A stretch of 64,000 nucleotides of DNA from NCBI GenBank assembly GCA_020845935.1, contig JADLEV010000046.1, forward strand, positions 379 to 64,378, in the 5' to 3' direction. The DNA is from Gammaproteobacteria bacterium (GTDB lineage: Bacteria; Pseudomonadota; Gammaproteobacteria; Ga0077536). The position numbers and the translations under genes are program-made. Positions 18,953 to 29,103 of the stretch are shown one piece after another (positions within the stretch are counted from its first letter, which is position 1; every line of letters starts with the position of its first letter). A model generated the notes under the pieces. It did no database searches. It was not told the DNA's origin and saw nothing but the letters and a program-made list of their open reading frames with translations.

Positions 18953-20203
18953 ATGAACCTGCCGGACGCGCCGTCCAATCCCGAACCGGGCCATGCCACG
19001 GCAGCACCGCCGGTCATCATCACCACCCACCTTGGGAATGCGGAAAAGCGCCTGATTTTCAGAATATTCTTCTTCGGCGCCTTTGCCCTGCTGCTGTATC
19101 ACATCCTGCGCGTATTGGCGCTGTTCTCGGACGCAATCATCTGGTCGGCATCGCTGGCCCTGGTGTTCTTTCCGATCAACCTGTTGTTTCGCCGCCGGCT
19201 GTCGGCACGCAACGGCCTCGCCGCCGGATTCGGTACCGTGGCGGTGTTGCTGCTGGTGCTGATCCCGTTGCTGCTGATCGGCCGCATCGCGATGGAACAG
19301 GCCGCGCAGTTGTATCCGACGGTCCGCGATTGGATCACGGACCTGCGCGCGCAGGACGCGATTTCGGTGGAAACGATGCTGCCGGCCTGGCTGCGCGATC
19401 GAATCAACGCGATCGGTGATTTCCTGACCCGCGCCGACCTGATCGAGGATTTCGACCTGGACAGCCTGCTGCTGCAGAACATCGACATTGCCGGCGTTCA
19501 GCTGGCCAATTTCGGTGGCCATGCGGCGCGCAACATCCTCGCCATCGCCGGCAATCTGCTGCTCGTCGCGTTCGGCATGTTCTTCTGTTTTCGTGACGGT
19601 GATCGGTTCGTCACCAAACTCATCGAAATCACACCGATGCCGACCGAACAGGCAACCGCGATCGCGGCGCGCGTGTATCTGACGGTCACCGCCATCATTC
19701 GCGGCGCGCTGGTCACCGCCGCGGTGCAGGGCGTCTTGGCAACGATTGGCTACATGCTCGCCGGCGTACCGCTGGCGCTGTTCTTCGGCATCGTCACCGG
19801 CATCGTCGCGATGATTCCAGTCGTCGGCGCAGCGCTGATCTGGGCGCCGCTCGGCATCGTCGTGATGCAGCACAGCCCGGGCTGGGGATTGTTCGTGCTG
19901 GCGTGGGGTTTCTTCGTCGTCAGCCTGATCGACAACGTTCTCAAGCCAATCCTGATCGGTCGCGGCGCACGCCTGCCGATCCTGCTGATGTTCCTCGGCG
20001 TCATCGGCGGCATCAACGTCTATGGTTTTTCCGGCATCATCATCGGGCCGATCCTGGTCGCCTGCTTGCTTGCGTTCATTCAGATTTATCGGGAACATTA
20101 CGCCGCCACGGCGCACGGCCCCGGTTCGGTCGCGGTGACCGCCGGCGCCGAACCCGAAACCGTCGCAGCCACCTCCGAACCAGCAGCCAAGCACCACGAT
20201 TGA
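18953..20203 (+). CDS. AI-2E family transporter (PerM/YhhT, UPF0118)
   Basis: 8-TM pattern and conserved blocks typical of AI-2E/UPF0118 membrane proteins. Confidence 0.75.
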   Translation: MNLPDAPSNPEPGHATAAPPVIITTHLGNAEKRLIFRIFFFGAFALLLYHILRVLALFSDAIIWSASLALVFFPINLLFRRRLSARNGLAAGFGTVAVLLLVLIPLLLIGRIAMEQAAQLYPTVRDWITDLRAQDAISVETMLPAWLRDRINAIGDFLTRADLIEDFDLDSLLLQNIDIAGVQLANFGGHAARNILAIAGNLLLVAFGMFFCFRDGDRFVTKLIEITPMPTEQATAIAARVYLTVTAIIRGALVTAAVQGVLATIGYMLAGVPLALFFGIVTGIVAMIPVVGAALIWAPLGIVVMQHSPGWGLFVLAWGFFVVSLIDNVLKPILIGRGARLPILLMFLGVIGGINVYGFSGIIIGPILVACLLAFIQIYREHYAATAHGPGSVAVTAGAEPETVAATSEPAAKHHD

Positions 20204-20235
20204 CGCCGGGACCACCGTTCCGGCAAGGAGCCACG

Positions 20236-21633
20236 ATGAGTCGAGCTGTCAGTCAGTTGTTCCGGACCAAGCCGATCAATGCCGATCACCATGCGGTCGA
20301 TACCGGATTGCGCCGCAGCCTCGGCGCGCTGGACCTGACGCTGCTCGGCATCGGCGGCATCATCGGTGCCGGCATTTTCGTGCTGACCGGACACGCTGCC
20401 GCGACCCAGGCCGGTCCGGCGATCGTCGTCTCCTATCTCATCGCGGGACTCGCCTGCGCCATCGCCGCGCTCGCCTATGCCGAACTCGCGGCGATGATCG
20501 GCGGCTGCGGCAGCGCCTACGGCTATGCCTATGCCAGCATGGGCGAGCTGATTGCCTGGATCATCGGCTGGGATCTGATTCTCGAATACGGCGTCGCGAC
20601 CTCGGCGGTCGCGATCGGCTGGTCCGGCTATTTCAACAACATCCTCGCGGCCGCCGGCATCGAGCTGCCGGAGTTGCTGCGGCAACCACCGGGCGCGGGC
20701 GGCTTGATCAATCTGCCGGCAGCCGGGATCGTGCTGCTGCTGTCTGTGCTGCTGGCGCTCGGCGTCAAGGAAAGCGCCCGCACCAACGCGGTGATGGTGT
20801 TCGTCAAACTGCTCGCGATCGGGATCTTCGTGTTCGTCGCCTTGAACCGCGTCGAGCCGGCGAACTGGCAACCGTTCATGCCGTTCGGCTGGGCCGGCAC
20901 GATCCAGGGCGCGGCATTGATCTTTTTCGCCTACATCGGCTTCGATGCGGTCTCGACCGCTGCCGATGAGGCGCGCCAGCCGCAACGCGATCTGCCGATC
21001 GGGATCATTGGCTCGCTGCTGGTCTGCACGCTGATCTACATCCTGGTTGCCGGGTTGCTGACCGGTGTCGCGCCCTACGCGACGTTGAACACCGCTTCGC
21101 CGGTCGCGGAGGTGATGCTGAAGCTCGGCTATCCCTGGGCAGCCGGTCTCATTGCCGCCGGCGCCATCGCCGGCCTGACCAGCGTGATGCTGGTGCTGAT
21201 GTATGGCCTGTCCCGCGTGTCACTCGCGATGGCGCGGGACCGGTTGCTGCCGCCGGTATTCTCGTCGCTGCATCCGAAGACCCAGACACCCGTGCGGGTC
21301 ATCCTGGCCGCCGGCGTGCTGATGGCGTTGATCGCCGGACTGACGCCGATTGGTGACGTCGCCGAACTGGTCAACATCGGCACGCTGGCCGCGTTCGTGC
21401 TCGTCTGTGCCGGTGTCGTCGTGCTGCGCTTTACCCGGCCGGAGGTGCGGCGCCCGTTCCGCGTACCCGGTTCGCCGCTGGTGCCGCTGGTCGGGGTGCT
21501 GGCGTGTTTCTGGTTGATGGTGAGCTTGCCGCTCGTGACCTGGATCCGGTTTTTCATCTGGCTGCTGCTCGGCTGCGCCGTCTATTTCTTCTATTCCAGG
21601 AAGCGAAGCACGCTTGCAAGGTCCGGCCTTTGA
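20236..21633 (+). CDS. Amino acid permease (APC superfamily)
   Basis: ATG at 20236 preceded by AAGGAG. LTLLGIGGIIGAGIFVLTG consensus of APC transporters. The supplied ORF start at 19903 is an upstream extension overlapping the previous gene. Confidence 0.8.
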   Translation: MSRAVSQLFRTKPINADHHAVDTGLRRSLGALDLTLLGIGGIIGAGIFVLTGHAAATQAGPAIVVSYLIAGLACAIAALAYAELAAMIGGCGSAYGYAYASMGELIAWIIGWDLILEYGVATSAVAIGWSGYFNNILAAAGIELPELLRQPPGAGGLINLPAAGIVLLLSVLLALGVKESARTNAVMVFVKLLAIGIFVFVALNRVEPANWQPFMPFGWAGTIQGAALIFFAYIGFDAVSTAADEARQPQRDLPIGIIGSLLVCTLIYILVAGLLTGVAPYATLNTASPVAEVMLKLGYPWAAGLIAAGAIAGLTSVMLVLMYGLSRVSLAMARDRLLPPVFSSLHPKTQTPVRVILAAGVLMALIAGLTPIGDVAELVNIGTLAAFVLVCAGVVVLRFTRPEVRRPFRVPGSPLVPLVGVLACFWLMVSLPLVTWIRFFIWLLLGCAVYFFYSRKRSTLARSGL

Positions 21634-22031
21634 AACGAAGGTATCGGCATGCGATCACCCTCCTGTTCTGGTTGGGCGGCCCGCTCCCGATGGCTGGCTG
21701 CAGTTGGGCCGGATTCAAGGACCTCGGCTACAACGTGTTGCAAGAGCATGCCTGCAATGATCGGAACCGGCACCTCCCGACCACGCAACAAACCGCGCGT
21801 ACCGCCCGCAGCTGCTTCCCGAAGAACGATCCTCGAAGCCTGACCGCGGCGCAATATGATGCCGAACGCAAGCGCACCCTCGGCGCCCAGGCCGCGCCCG
21901 GGTCAGCCGATCGGGCAACCGCAACCGCGGCAGAACAAATCCGCGCGCAGCACGAAATCGACTCCGGCCACACCGGCCTGCCCGGTTCGCCGGGAATTTT
22001 GCCAAGACCCGTTCTTGCGGAGGGATAGACC

Positions 22032-22226
22032 ATGACGAAGCAGCTCGACCGATGTGCCGATCTCGCGGGCTTGCTCGGCATCCTCGTATGCGTGCTTGCG
22101 GGTATTGCCCGGCTGTTCGGCTCCTATGCACTCGGCGGTTTCGAGACGCTGACCCTGTTCCAAATCGGCATCGGCATGATGGTAGCCGCGTGCTTCATCA
22201 AGCTGTGGGTGCTTGGCCAACGCTGA
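22032..22226 (+). CDS. Small hydrophobic membrane protein (64 aa, two predicted TM helices), hypothetical
   Basis: Strong RBS GGAGGGA 6 nt upstream of the ATG. High-GC third positions. Two hydrophobic stretches. Confidence 0.45.
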   Translation: MTKQLDRCADLAGLLGILVCVLAGIARLFGSYALGGFETLTLFQIGIGMMVAACFIKLWVLGQR

Positions 22227-22233
22227 CGCGGCG

Positions 22234-22983
22234 TTACTGCTCCGGCGGCTCGACGTAGCTCGAATGCAGCTGCACTGGCAGCGTCTTCGCACGCACCCTC
22301 AGGTTCAATAATTCGACGAACACCGAGAACGCCATCGCAAAATAGACGTAACCCTTCGGCACATGAAAGCCGGTGCCCTCGCCGACCAGCGTCGTGCCGA
22401 TCAGCAGCAGGAAACTGAGCGCGAGGATCTTCAGCGTCGGGTGGCGTTCGACGTATTCGCTGATCGGCTTGGCCGCAAACATCATCACCGCGACCGCCAA
22501 TACCACTGCCAGGATCATCACTGGTAGATCGCGCGCCATGCCGACCGCGGTGATGACCGAATCCAGCGAGAACACGATATCGAGCAGCATGATTTGCAGC
22601 AGCACGCCGGTGAATGACGGCACGACGGTCCGCGCCACATCGCCTTCGTTGCCTTCGAGCTTGTCGTGTATCTCGTGGGTCGCCTTGGCGATCAGAAACA
22701 GGCCGCCACCAAGCAGGATCAGATCCCGTCCCGAAAAGTCGTGCCCGAGGACACCGAACAGCGGCGTGGTCAGCTTCGCGATCCACGCGATCGATACCAG
22801 CAACACGATGCGCATCCCCATCGCCAGCAACAGGCCGAGCCGCCGTGCCCGTTCGCGCTGTGCCGCGGGCAGCTTCGACGCCAGAATCGAGATGAAGATG
22901 ATGTTGTCGATGCCGAGCACGATTTCGAGCGCGGTCAACGTCACCAACGCGATCCAGGCTTCCGGACTGGTCATCCAGGTCAT
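22234..22983 (-). CDS. TerC family integral membrane protein
   Basis: ALEIVLGIDNIIFISILA TerC signature. Start assigned to [10 protein letters not shown] (RBS GAGGAG upstream). This ATG overlaps the hemW stop (ATGA). Confidence 0.75.
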   Translation of the reverse strand: MTWMTSPEAWIALVTLTALEIVLGIDNIIFISILASKLPAAQRERARRLGLLLAMGMRIVLLVSIAWIAKLTTPLFGVLGHDFSGRDLILLGGGLFLIAKATHEIHDKLEGNEGDVARTVVPSFTGVLLQIMLLDIVFSLDSVITAVGMARDLPVMILAVVLAVAVMMFAAKPISEYVERHPTLKILALSFLLLIGTTLVGEGTGFHVPKGYVYFAMAFSVFVELLNLRVRAKTLPVQLHSSYVEPPEQ

Positions 22984-24209
22984 TGCGGCATCTCCTCGAT
23001 TGGACGGAACGGGGTCGTCGTGCGGCACGGCGACGCGGGCGCAGGGGTCGGCGCCTCCGTCGGGACATCGACGAACAGCAGCAACAGATCATTCAGGTAG
23101 CGCTGGCCGAGCGTGGTTGGGCGAATCCTGGCCGCGGTGACCTCGAGCAAGCCGGCACCCTGGGCTGTTTCGAGCAGCGGCCAAAGCCGCTCGATTGGCA
23201 AGCCGGTGCGGCGCACGAACAACTCCGGAGCAAAACCATCGCACAGCCGCAGCGCATTCAGCAGGAATTCGAGCATGCGCTCGGCCGGCGTCGTGACCAG
23301 GGTTTCCGTCACGGTCTCCGGCGAACCGGCGCGGCGCAGATAGGCCGTCGGAGCATGCGACTTGACCGTGCGCACGAGCGTGCCATCGGCCAAAGTCCGC
23401 TTGCCGTGCGCGCCGGCACCGATTCCCAGGTAATCACCGAACTGCCAATAGTTGAGGTTGTGCGCCGAAGCCCGGCCCGGCCGTGCGAACGCGGAGACCT
23501 CGTAACGGCGATAGCCACGCGCGGCGAGCAGTTCGAGTCCGCGCTCGTGCAGCGCGGCGATGGCGTCCTCCGCTGGCAACGCTGGCGGCCGGCGGCCGAA
23601 TTCGGTGCCGGGTTCCAGCGTCAGCTGATACCAGGACACATGCTCCGGCGCAAAGTCGAGCACCCGCTCGAGGTCCTCGATGGCGCCAGGCCCATCATCG
23701 CCCGGCAGGCCGAACATCAGATCGACGTTGATATTGCCGAACCCGGCGGTTCGCGCGTCGTGCAGCGTCCGTTGCGCAGTCGCCGCGTCATGGATGCGGC
23801 CGATCCGCACCAACAGCGCATCACGCAGCGATTGCACGCCCAGCGACAGCCGATTGATCCCGGCGGTGCGATAACCGGCCAGTGCCGCCGGCGTCTTGGT
23901 ACCGGGATTGACCTCGATCGTGATCTCGGCGTCGGGCGCGATCGCCAAGCGTTCGCGAACACCGTCTAGCAGCCGCGCGATCGCGTCCGGCGTGAACAGG
24001 CTCGGCGTGCCGCCACCCAGATAGATCGAGCACAGATCGCGGTCACCGGCGACTTCGGCCTCGGCATCCAGGTCAGCGAGCAGCGCCGTGACGTAATCCT
24101 GCTCCGGCAGCGACTCGCGCAATGCCACCGAATTGAAATCGCAATAAGGACACTTGCGTACACACCACGGCAGATGGAGATACAGCGCCAGTGGCGGCAT
24201 CGCCATCAA
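22980..24209 (-). CDS. hemW: Radical SAM haem chaperone HemW (formerly coproporphyrinogen III oxidase-like YggW)
   Basis: N-terminus [27 protein letters not shown], the CxxxCxxC radical-SAM motif. Found downstream of rdgB as in E. coli yggV-yggW. Confidence 0.85.
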   Translation of the reverse strand: MMAMPPLALYLHLPWCVRKCPYCDFNSVALRESLPEQDYVTALLADLDAEAEVAGDRDLCSIYLGGGTPSLFTPDAIARLLDGVRERLAIAPDAEITIEVNPGTKTPAALAGYRTAGINRLSLGVQSLRDALLVRIGRIHDAATAQRTLHDARTAGFGNINVDLMFGLPGDDGPGAIEDLERVLDFAPEHVSWYQLTLEPGTEFGRRPPALPAEDAIAALHERGLELLAARGYRRYEVSAFARPGRASAHNLNYWQFGDYLGIGAGAHGKRTLADGTLVRTVKSHAPTAYLRRAGSPETVTETLVTTPAERMLEFLLNALRLCDGFAPELFVRRTGLPIERLWPLLETAQGAGLLEVTAARIRPTTLGQRYLNDLLLLFVDVPTEAPTPAPASPCRTTTPFRPIEEMPQ

Positions 24210-24820
24210 ATCGTGATCACCGCACGGAGTTGCTCGCGCAAGGCCGCGACCGCCTGGCCGCGATGACTGATCGCGTTCTTCACTGCGGCAGGCAACTCGG
24301 CCGACGAGCCTTTGCCGTCGGCCGGCAGGAAGATCGGGTCGTAGCCGAAACCATTGGTCCCGCGCGGCGTGGTGGCGAGCACCCCGCGCCAGCGTCCGGT
24401 GCTGATCACCGGGCAGGGATCACCGGCGTGGCGCAGGTAGACGATGACGCACATGAACTCGCACTGACGCCGGTTCATGGGCAGCGTCGCGGTGCGTTCG
24501 AGCAGCAACGCGAGGTTTTCGGCGTCGCTGGCGCCAACTCCGGCATACCGCGCCGAATGCACCCCCGGTGCGCCACCGAGGGCATCGACCGCGATGCCGG
24601 AGTCATCGGCCAGTGCCGGCAGCCCGGTGACTCGGGCGGCATGTCGCGCCTTGAGCAATGCATTCTCGATGAAGGTCGGCGCGGTCTCCTCGGCATCCGC
24701 GACGCCGAGTTCGCGTTGCGAGACGAGTTCGAGCGGCAAATCCGCGAGCAGCGCGCGCAACTCGGCGAGCTTGCCGGCGTTACCGCTGGCAAGCACGGCG
24801 CGCCACACGGCTTGGTTCAT
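24206..24820 (-). CDS. rdgB: dITP/XTP pyrophosphatase RdgB (Ham1 family)
   Basis: [12 protein letters not shown]...ADDSGI...[12 protein letters not shown] motifs. Start at MNQAVW. Confidence 0.85.
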   Translation of the reverse strand: MNQAVWRAVLASGNAGKLAELRALLADLPLELVSQRELGVADAEETAPTFIENALLKARHAARVTGLPALADDSGIAVDALGGAPGVHSARYAGVGASDAENLALLLERTATLPMNRRQCEFMCVIVYLRHAGDPCPVISTGRWRGVLATTPRGTNGFGYDPIFLPADGKGSSAELPAAVKNAISHRGQAVAALREQLRAVITI

Positions 24821-25539
24821 TCCGCCAGAGCCCGGTGCTGGCAATTCAGCAATTGCCGAATGCCTCGATCGGCTAAGGACAGCATGTCGTGCAGTTCCTC
24901 ATGGCGGAAGGCATGACCTTCGGCGGTGCCCTGCAATTCGACGAAGTGACCGGCGTCGTTCATCACCACATTCATGTCGGTCTCCGCTTCGGCGTCCTCG
25001 GCATAATCGAGGTCGAGCACCGGTTGGCCGCCGTAGATGCCAACCGAGACCGAGGCGATGGCGCCATGGATCGGGTTGTGGCGCAGCATGTCCTGTTCCA
25101 GCAGCAGCCCGATGGCGTCGACCAGCGCAACATAGCCGCCGGTGATCGATGCGGTGCGTGTGCCGCCATCGGCCTGCATCACATCGCAGTCGATGATGAT
25201 GGTGCGCTCACCCAGCGCTTCCAGGTCGACCACCGAACGCAGGCAGCGACCAATCAAACGCTGGATTTCCATCGTGCGTCCGCCCTGCCGCCCCTGCGCC
25301 GCTTCACGCTTGTTGCGGGTATTGGTGGCGCGCGGCAGCATGCCGTATTCGGCGGTCACCCAGCCCTTGCCCGAGCCCTTCAGGAACGGCGGAACGCGCT
25401 CCTCGACGCTGGCATTGCACAGCACCTTGGTATTGCCGATCTCGATCAGCGTGGATCCCTCGGCGTAACGGGTGTAATGCCGGATCAATCGGACCGCACG
25501 CAGTTCATCCCGCGTCCGGCCACTGGGTCGTACTCGCAT
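24817..25539 (-). CDS. rph: Ribonuclease PH
   Basis: [43 protein letters not shown]...[18 protein letters not shown]. Confidence 0.9.
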   Translation of the reverse strand: MRVRPSGRTRDELRAVRLIRHYTRYAEGSTLIEIGNTKVLCNASVEERVPPFLKGSGKGWVTAEYGMLPRATNTRNKREAAQGRQGGRTMEIQRLIGRCLRSVVDLEALGERTIIIDCDVMQADGGTRTASITGGYVALVDAIGLLLEQDMLRHNPIHGAIASVSVGIYGGQPVLDLDYAEDAEAETDMNVVMNDAGHFVELQGTAEGHAFRHEELHDMLSLADRGIRQLLNCQHRALAE

Positions 25540-25675
25540 CGTGGCTCCTCAATTAGGCCATCTCTGGATTTTCAGAGTTTCCTTAGATCCCGCTGGTGCC
25601 GCATGACGGCAATTCTGGCCAGCGTGGCGCGGCCGATTATAATTGCCGGCCACCATCCTTCACAGCGGAGATCCG

Positions 25676-26533
25676 ATGACGGTCAACAGCATGACCGCAT
25701 TCGCCAGCGATACGCTCGGCGGTGCCTTTGGCGAACTGACCTGTGAGTTGCGGACGGTCAATCACCGCTTTCTCGATCTCGGCATCCGCTTGCCGGACGA
25801 ACTGCGAGCCCTGGAATCCGACGTGCGCAGCCGCATCGGCGATCGTCTGGCGCGTGGCAAGGTCGATTGCTCGCTGCGGCTGCGGCCCAATGCCGATCCG
25901 ACCGGAGCCTTGACGGTCAATCGTCCGCTGGCGCAGAGCCTGGTGGCCGCGGCCCGTGACGTCGCACCGGACGCCGTGCTCAATGCCCTGGATTTGTTGC
26001 GCTGGCCCGGTGTGCTCGAAACCAGAACCGTTGATCCGGCCGAGCTCAGACAGGCGGCACTGACCTTGCTCGACAAGGTGCTGCGGCGCTTGCAGGACGC
26101 GCGCGAACGCGAGGGCGCGGCCCTGCGGGACGTGTGTCTGGCGCGTTGTCTCGCCGCGAACGCCCAGGTCGAGGCACTGCGCGTCAAGGTGCCGGAAATC
26201 ATTGCCAGGCTGCGCGAGCGGCTGGCGCAGCGCAGCGTCGAACTCGCGCCGGATCTCGACGAGAGCCGATTGCATCAGGAATGTGCGTTGCTTGCGCAGA
26301 AGCTCGACGTCGACGAGGAACTGGATCGCCTCGCACTGCACCTGCAGGAGGCCGAACGGGTGCTGCGCCAGGGCGGCGCGATTGGCCGGCGGCTCGACTT
26401 CTTGCTGCAGGAGATGCATCGCGAGGCAAATACCATCGGCTCGAAGTCGGCCCACGTCGATTCGACCGGGGCCTCGCTGGAACTCAAGGTCCTGGTTGAA
26501 CAGATGCGCGAACAGGTGCAGAACATCGAATGA
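25676..26533 (+). CDS. yicC: YicC/YloC family stress-induced protein
   Basis: MTAFAS...WELRSVNHRFLD-type N-terminus and C-terminal DEE..RL block. Divergent from rph as in E. coli. Confidence 0.8.
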   Translation: MTVNSMTAFASDTLGGAFGELTCELRTVNHRFLDLGIRLPDELRALESDVRSRIGDRLARGKVDCSLRLRPNADPTGALTVNRPLAQSLVAAARDVAPDAVLNALDLLRWPGVLETRTVDPAELRQAALTLLDKVLRRLQDAREREGAALRDVCLARCLAANAQVEALRVKVPEIIARLRERLAQRSVELAPDLDESRLHQECALLAQKLDVDEELDRLALHLQEAERVLRQGGAIGRRLDFLLQEMHREANTIGSKSAHVDSTGASLELKVLVEQMREQVQNIE

Positions 26534-27144
26534 GCGGTTCGCTGTTCGTGATTGCGGCACCCTCGGGCGCGGGCAAGACCAGCCTCGTCAAGGCGCTGGT
26601 CGCCACAGTGCCCGGCCTGCGCATCTCGGTGTCACACACGACCCGTGCGCCGCGCGACGGAGAGGCCGAGGGCGTCGATTACTTCTTCGTCGCGCCGCAC
26701 CAATTCCAGCGCATGGTCGAGACCGATGCGCTGCTCGAACATGCGACCGTGTTCGGCCGCAGCTATGGCACGTCACGCGCGTTCGTCGAACGCGAACTCG
26801 CCGCCGGAACCGACGTGATCCTGGAAATCGACTGGCAGGGCGCCCGGACCGTCCGCCGCCTGCACCCGGCCGCGATCAGCATCTTCATCCTGCCGCCGTC
26901 ACTGGCCAGCCTGCGCCGCCGGCTGGAGAGCCGCGGCAAGGATGACAACGGCATCATCGAACAGCGAATGGCACAGGCACAGCAGGAACTGTCCCACTAT
27001 GCCGAATTTGACTACCTCGTCGTCAACGACGACTTTACCCAAGCCATCGCCGACCTGACCGCGATCATCCATGCCAGCCGCCTCGGTCTGAGTTTCCAGC
27101 GCCTGCGTCTCCACGACCTGTTGCAGCGGCTGGGGCTGGCCTGA
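26530..27144 (+). CDS. gmk: Guanylate kinase
   Basis: LFVIAAPSGAGKTSLVKALV P-loop and the gmk consensus. Confidence 0.9.
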   Translation: MSGSLFVIAAPSGAGKTSLVKALVATVPGLRISVSHTTRAPRDGEAEGVDYFFVAPHQFQRMVETDALLEHATVFGRSYGTSRAFVERELAAGTDVILEIDWQGARTVRRLHPAAISIFILPPSLASLRRRLESRGKDDNGIIEQRMAQAQQELSHYAEFDYLVVNDDFTQAIADLTAIIHASRLGLSFQRLRLHDLLQRLGLA

Positions 27145-28212
27145 CTACAGGCGAAACAGGCGCTCGGCGTTACCCTGGAAAAAGCGTCGCTTGTCGGCGT
27201 CGTCGAGTGGCAGCGCGTCGACCATCGCGACCTCGCACGGCTGGTACTGGTAGGGGTAATCCATCGCGTACAGCACCCGATCGACGCCAAGCACCGACTG
27301 CGCCAGTGTGATTGCCGGGGCCCAGGGCACACCGCTGTTCGTCACGTAGATGTTTTCCCGCAGGTAGTCGCTGGGCAGATGTCGCAATTCCGGCATGAAT
27401 TTCGCCCGATTATGCTGCTGCATGTAATCGAGTCGATACAACCAGTAGGGCAGTCCCTCGCCGGCATGACCGATGACTATTTTCAGGCGCGGGAAGCGAT
27501 CGAATGCGCCGCTGGTGATGATGGCGAGCGTGTGCAGCGCCACCTCGACGCCAAAGCCCATCAGCGCGCGATCCATGCCGCGTTGCAGGAACGGTTGCAA
27601 CATCGCCGGCGCCGGTGTGCGGGGATGGATATAGATTGGGACATCGAGCGCTTCGGCAGCCTCGAAGATCACCCAGAAGCGCGGGTCATCCAGATATTCG
27701 CCCTTGGTGTGCGAGTTGATGACCGCACCCTTCAGACCCAGCCGGGTGACGGCGCGTTCCAGTTCACGCGCCGCCGCCACGGGATCCTGCGGGGCGATGG
27801 CGGCAAGCCCCGCCAACCGGGTGGGGTGGCGCCGGATCGCGGCGGCCAGCTGATCGTTGCTGTCCGCCGCCAGCGCGATCGCGGTGTCGGCGGCAAACAC
27901 CTGTACGCCTGGCGCCGTCAGCAGCAACAGTTGCACATCGATGCCGGCCGCATCCATGTCGGCGATCCGCATCGCGTCCACATCGAGCAGACGATCGAGC
28001 AACACGCCGCCGAGATCGATGAACCGTCCCCACATCGAGATGAATCCGGGTTCGTCGGCCGGCCGCCGCGCGAGCAGTTCCCGATAGGCATGGAACAGCT
28101 CCGGCGTCATCCACGCCTCCTCGGTGGCGATACGGCGGTACGGCGCCGGACCGGGCCTCTGCGCATATTCGTCGGTGGTGCGCGGAATCGTCGGTGGTAA
28201 GGGGTGCGCCAT
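27145..28212 (-). CDS. Amidohydrolase-2 family metal-dependent hydrolase/decarboxylase (ACMSD-like)
   Basis: TIM-barrel amidohydrolase-2 blocks (VINSHT..., IVIGHAGEGLPYW, YAMDYPY). Start at MAHPLPP, overlapping the upstream gene's stop by 4 nt. Confidence 0.65.
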   Translation of the reverse strand: MAHPLPPTIPRTTDEYAQRPGPAPYRRIATEEAWMTPELFHAYRELLARRPADEPGFISMWGRFIDLGGVLLDRLLDVDAMRIADMDAAGIDVQLLLLTAPGVQVFAADTAIALAADSNDQLAAAIRRHPTRLAGLAAIAPQDPVAAARELERAVTRLGLKGAVINSHTKGEYLDDPRFWVIFEAAEALDVPIYIHPRTPAPAMLQPFLQRGMDRALMGFGVEVALHTLAIITSGAFDRFPRLKIVIGHAGEGLPYWLYRLDYMQQHNRAKFMPELRHLPSDYLRENIYVTNSGVPWAPAITLAQSVLGVDRVLYAMDYPYQYQPCEVAMVDALPLDDADKRRFFQGNAERLFRL

Positions 28213-28214
28213 GG

Positions 28215-28970
28215 TCAGTCCTCCGCCGCCTGCAGCGCCTGGTGCCACAAATCCGATGGACAGTCGTACTCCAGCGTCGAGTCATCGGCGATGCGCTGGT
28301 AATACACGGTCGTGGTCACGGGCTGCTGATACAGATCCGGATCGGTGATCGTGAGTTCGATGGCGAGCACAGCGTCGTTCACCGGCTTCTGATTCTGCGT
28401 GTAGGCGTTCAAGGGCGCCTTGACGTCGGCGCGGCGGGTCAGCGATATCCGCTCCCGGATTCGCGTCTGTTCCGAGCGCGGCCAGGGACGCAGCAGCGAC
28501 TCCTGCAACAGCGCAGTATCGACGACCAGCGTCGCCCCCTGCCACTGGCCGATGGAATAACCCATCCGTGTCGCCGGGTAATCGGACGGATGCTTCCGGC
28601 CATCGATGAAGATGCGCCGAACCTGCATCTCCATCTCCGCGAGCATCGTCAGGCGATCCCTGGTTTGCAGTACTTCGATCGGATAGCCGACCAGCGCGGT
28701 CATCGTCGCCGGCATGCCGGGCGGGACGCAGAAGGCACCGGCTTCCGGCATGTCATCGCCGTAGGTCGCGTAGAACGCTTTGACCCGCGCCTCGCCCATC
28801 GCGGTCAGCGCCGGGCCATCGCCGCGCGAGATCAAAGGCTGCAGTGCATAGGCCTGCCAGACACCGGTGAAGTCGGGCCGACCCGCCGGCTCGGCGGCCG
28901 CAATCAATTCTCCGAACAGCAATGAAGCGACCAATACCGGTACCGCACGGACCATTCTCTGATGCACCAT
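28215..28970 (-). CDS. Secreted hypothetical protein (signal peptide, no recognisable domain)
   Basis: MVHQRMVRAVPVLVASLLFGELIAAAEP signal peptide. Codon usage matches the neighbours. Translationally coupled to the amidohydrolase gene. Confidence 0.5.
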   Translation of the reverse strand: MVHQRMVRAVPVLVASLLFGELIAAAEPAGRPDFTGVWQAYALQPLISRGDGPALTAMGEARVKAFYATYGDDMPEAGAFCVPPGMPATMTALVGYPIEVLQTRDRLTMLAEMEMQVRRIFIDGRKHPSDYPATRMGYSIGQWQGATLVVDTALLQESLLRPWPRSEQTRIRERISLTRRADVKAPLNAYTQNQKPVNDAVLAIELTITDPDLYQQPVTTTVYYQRIADDSTLEYDCPSDLWHQALQAAED

Positions 28971-29103
28971 GACGCCCCCTGATAGTCAGTTTCGGATTGC
29001 GGCCGAGTGCGCCACGCCGCCCGCTGAGCATACTAGCCCGCAGCCACCGGCTCGCGCCACCAGCCGCCGGCGACCGCATCTGCCGGGCGGTGACCGGTAC
29101 GAG

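Noticed and set aside
19903-20235. N-terminal extension of the amino-acid permease ORF.
   Set aside because: It overlaps the AI-2E gene. A good RBS plus ATG at 20236 matches the permease family N-terminus.
21649-21843. 64-aa plus-strand ORF MRSPSCSGW... in the permease-terC gap.
   Set aside because: No RBS. Arg/Ser/Pro-rich. The alternative frame with lipoprotein-like features is more plausible, though itself uncertain.
22124-23092. 322-aa minus-strand ORF overlapping the TerC and hemW region in another frame.
   Set aside because: Frame conflicts with two genes that have strong family signatures. Arg-rich artefact.
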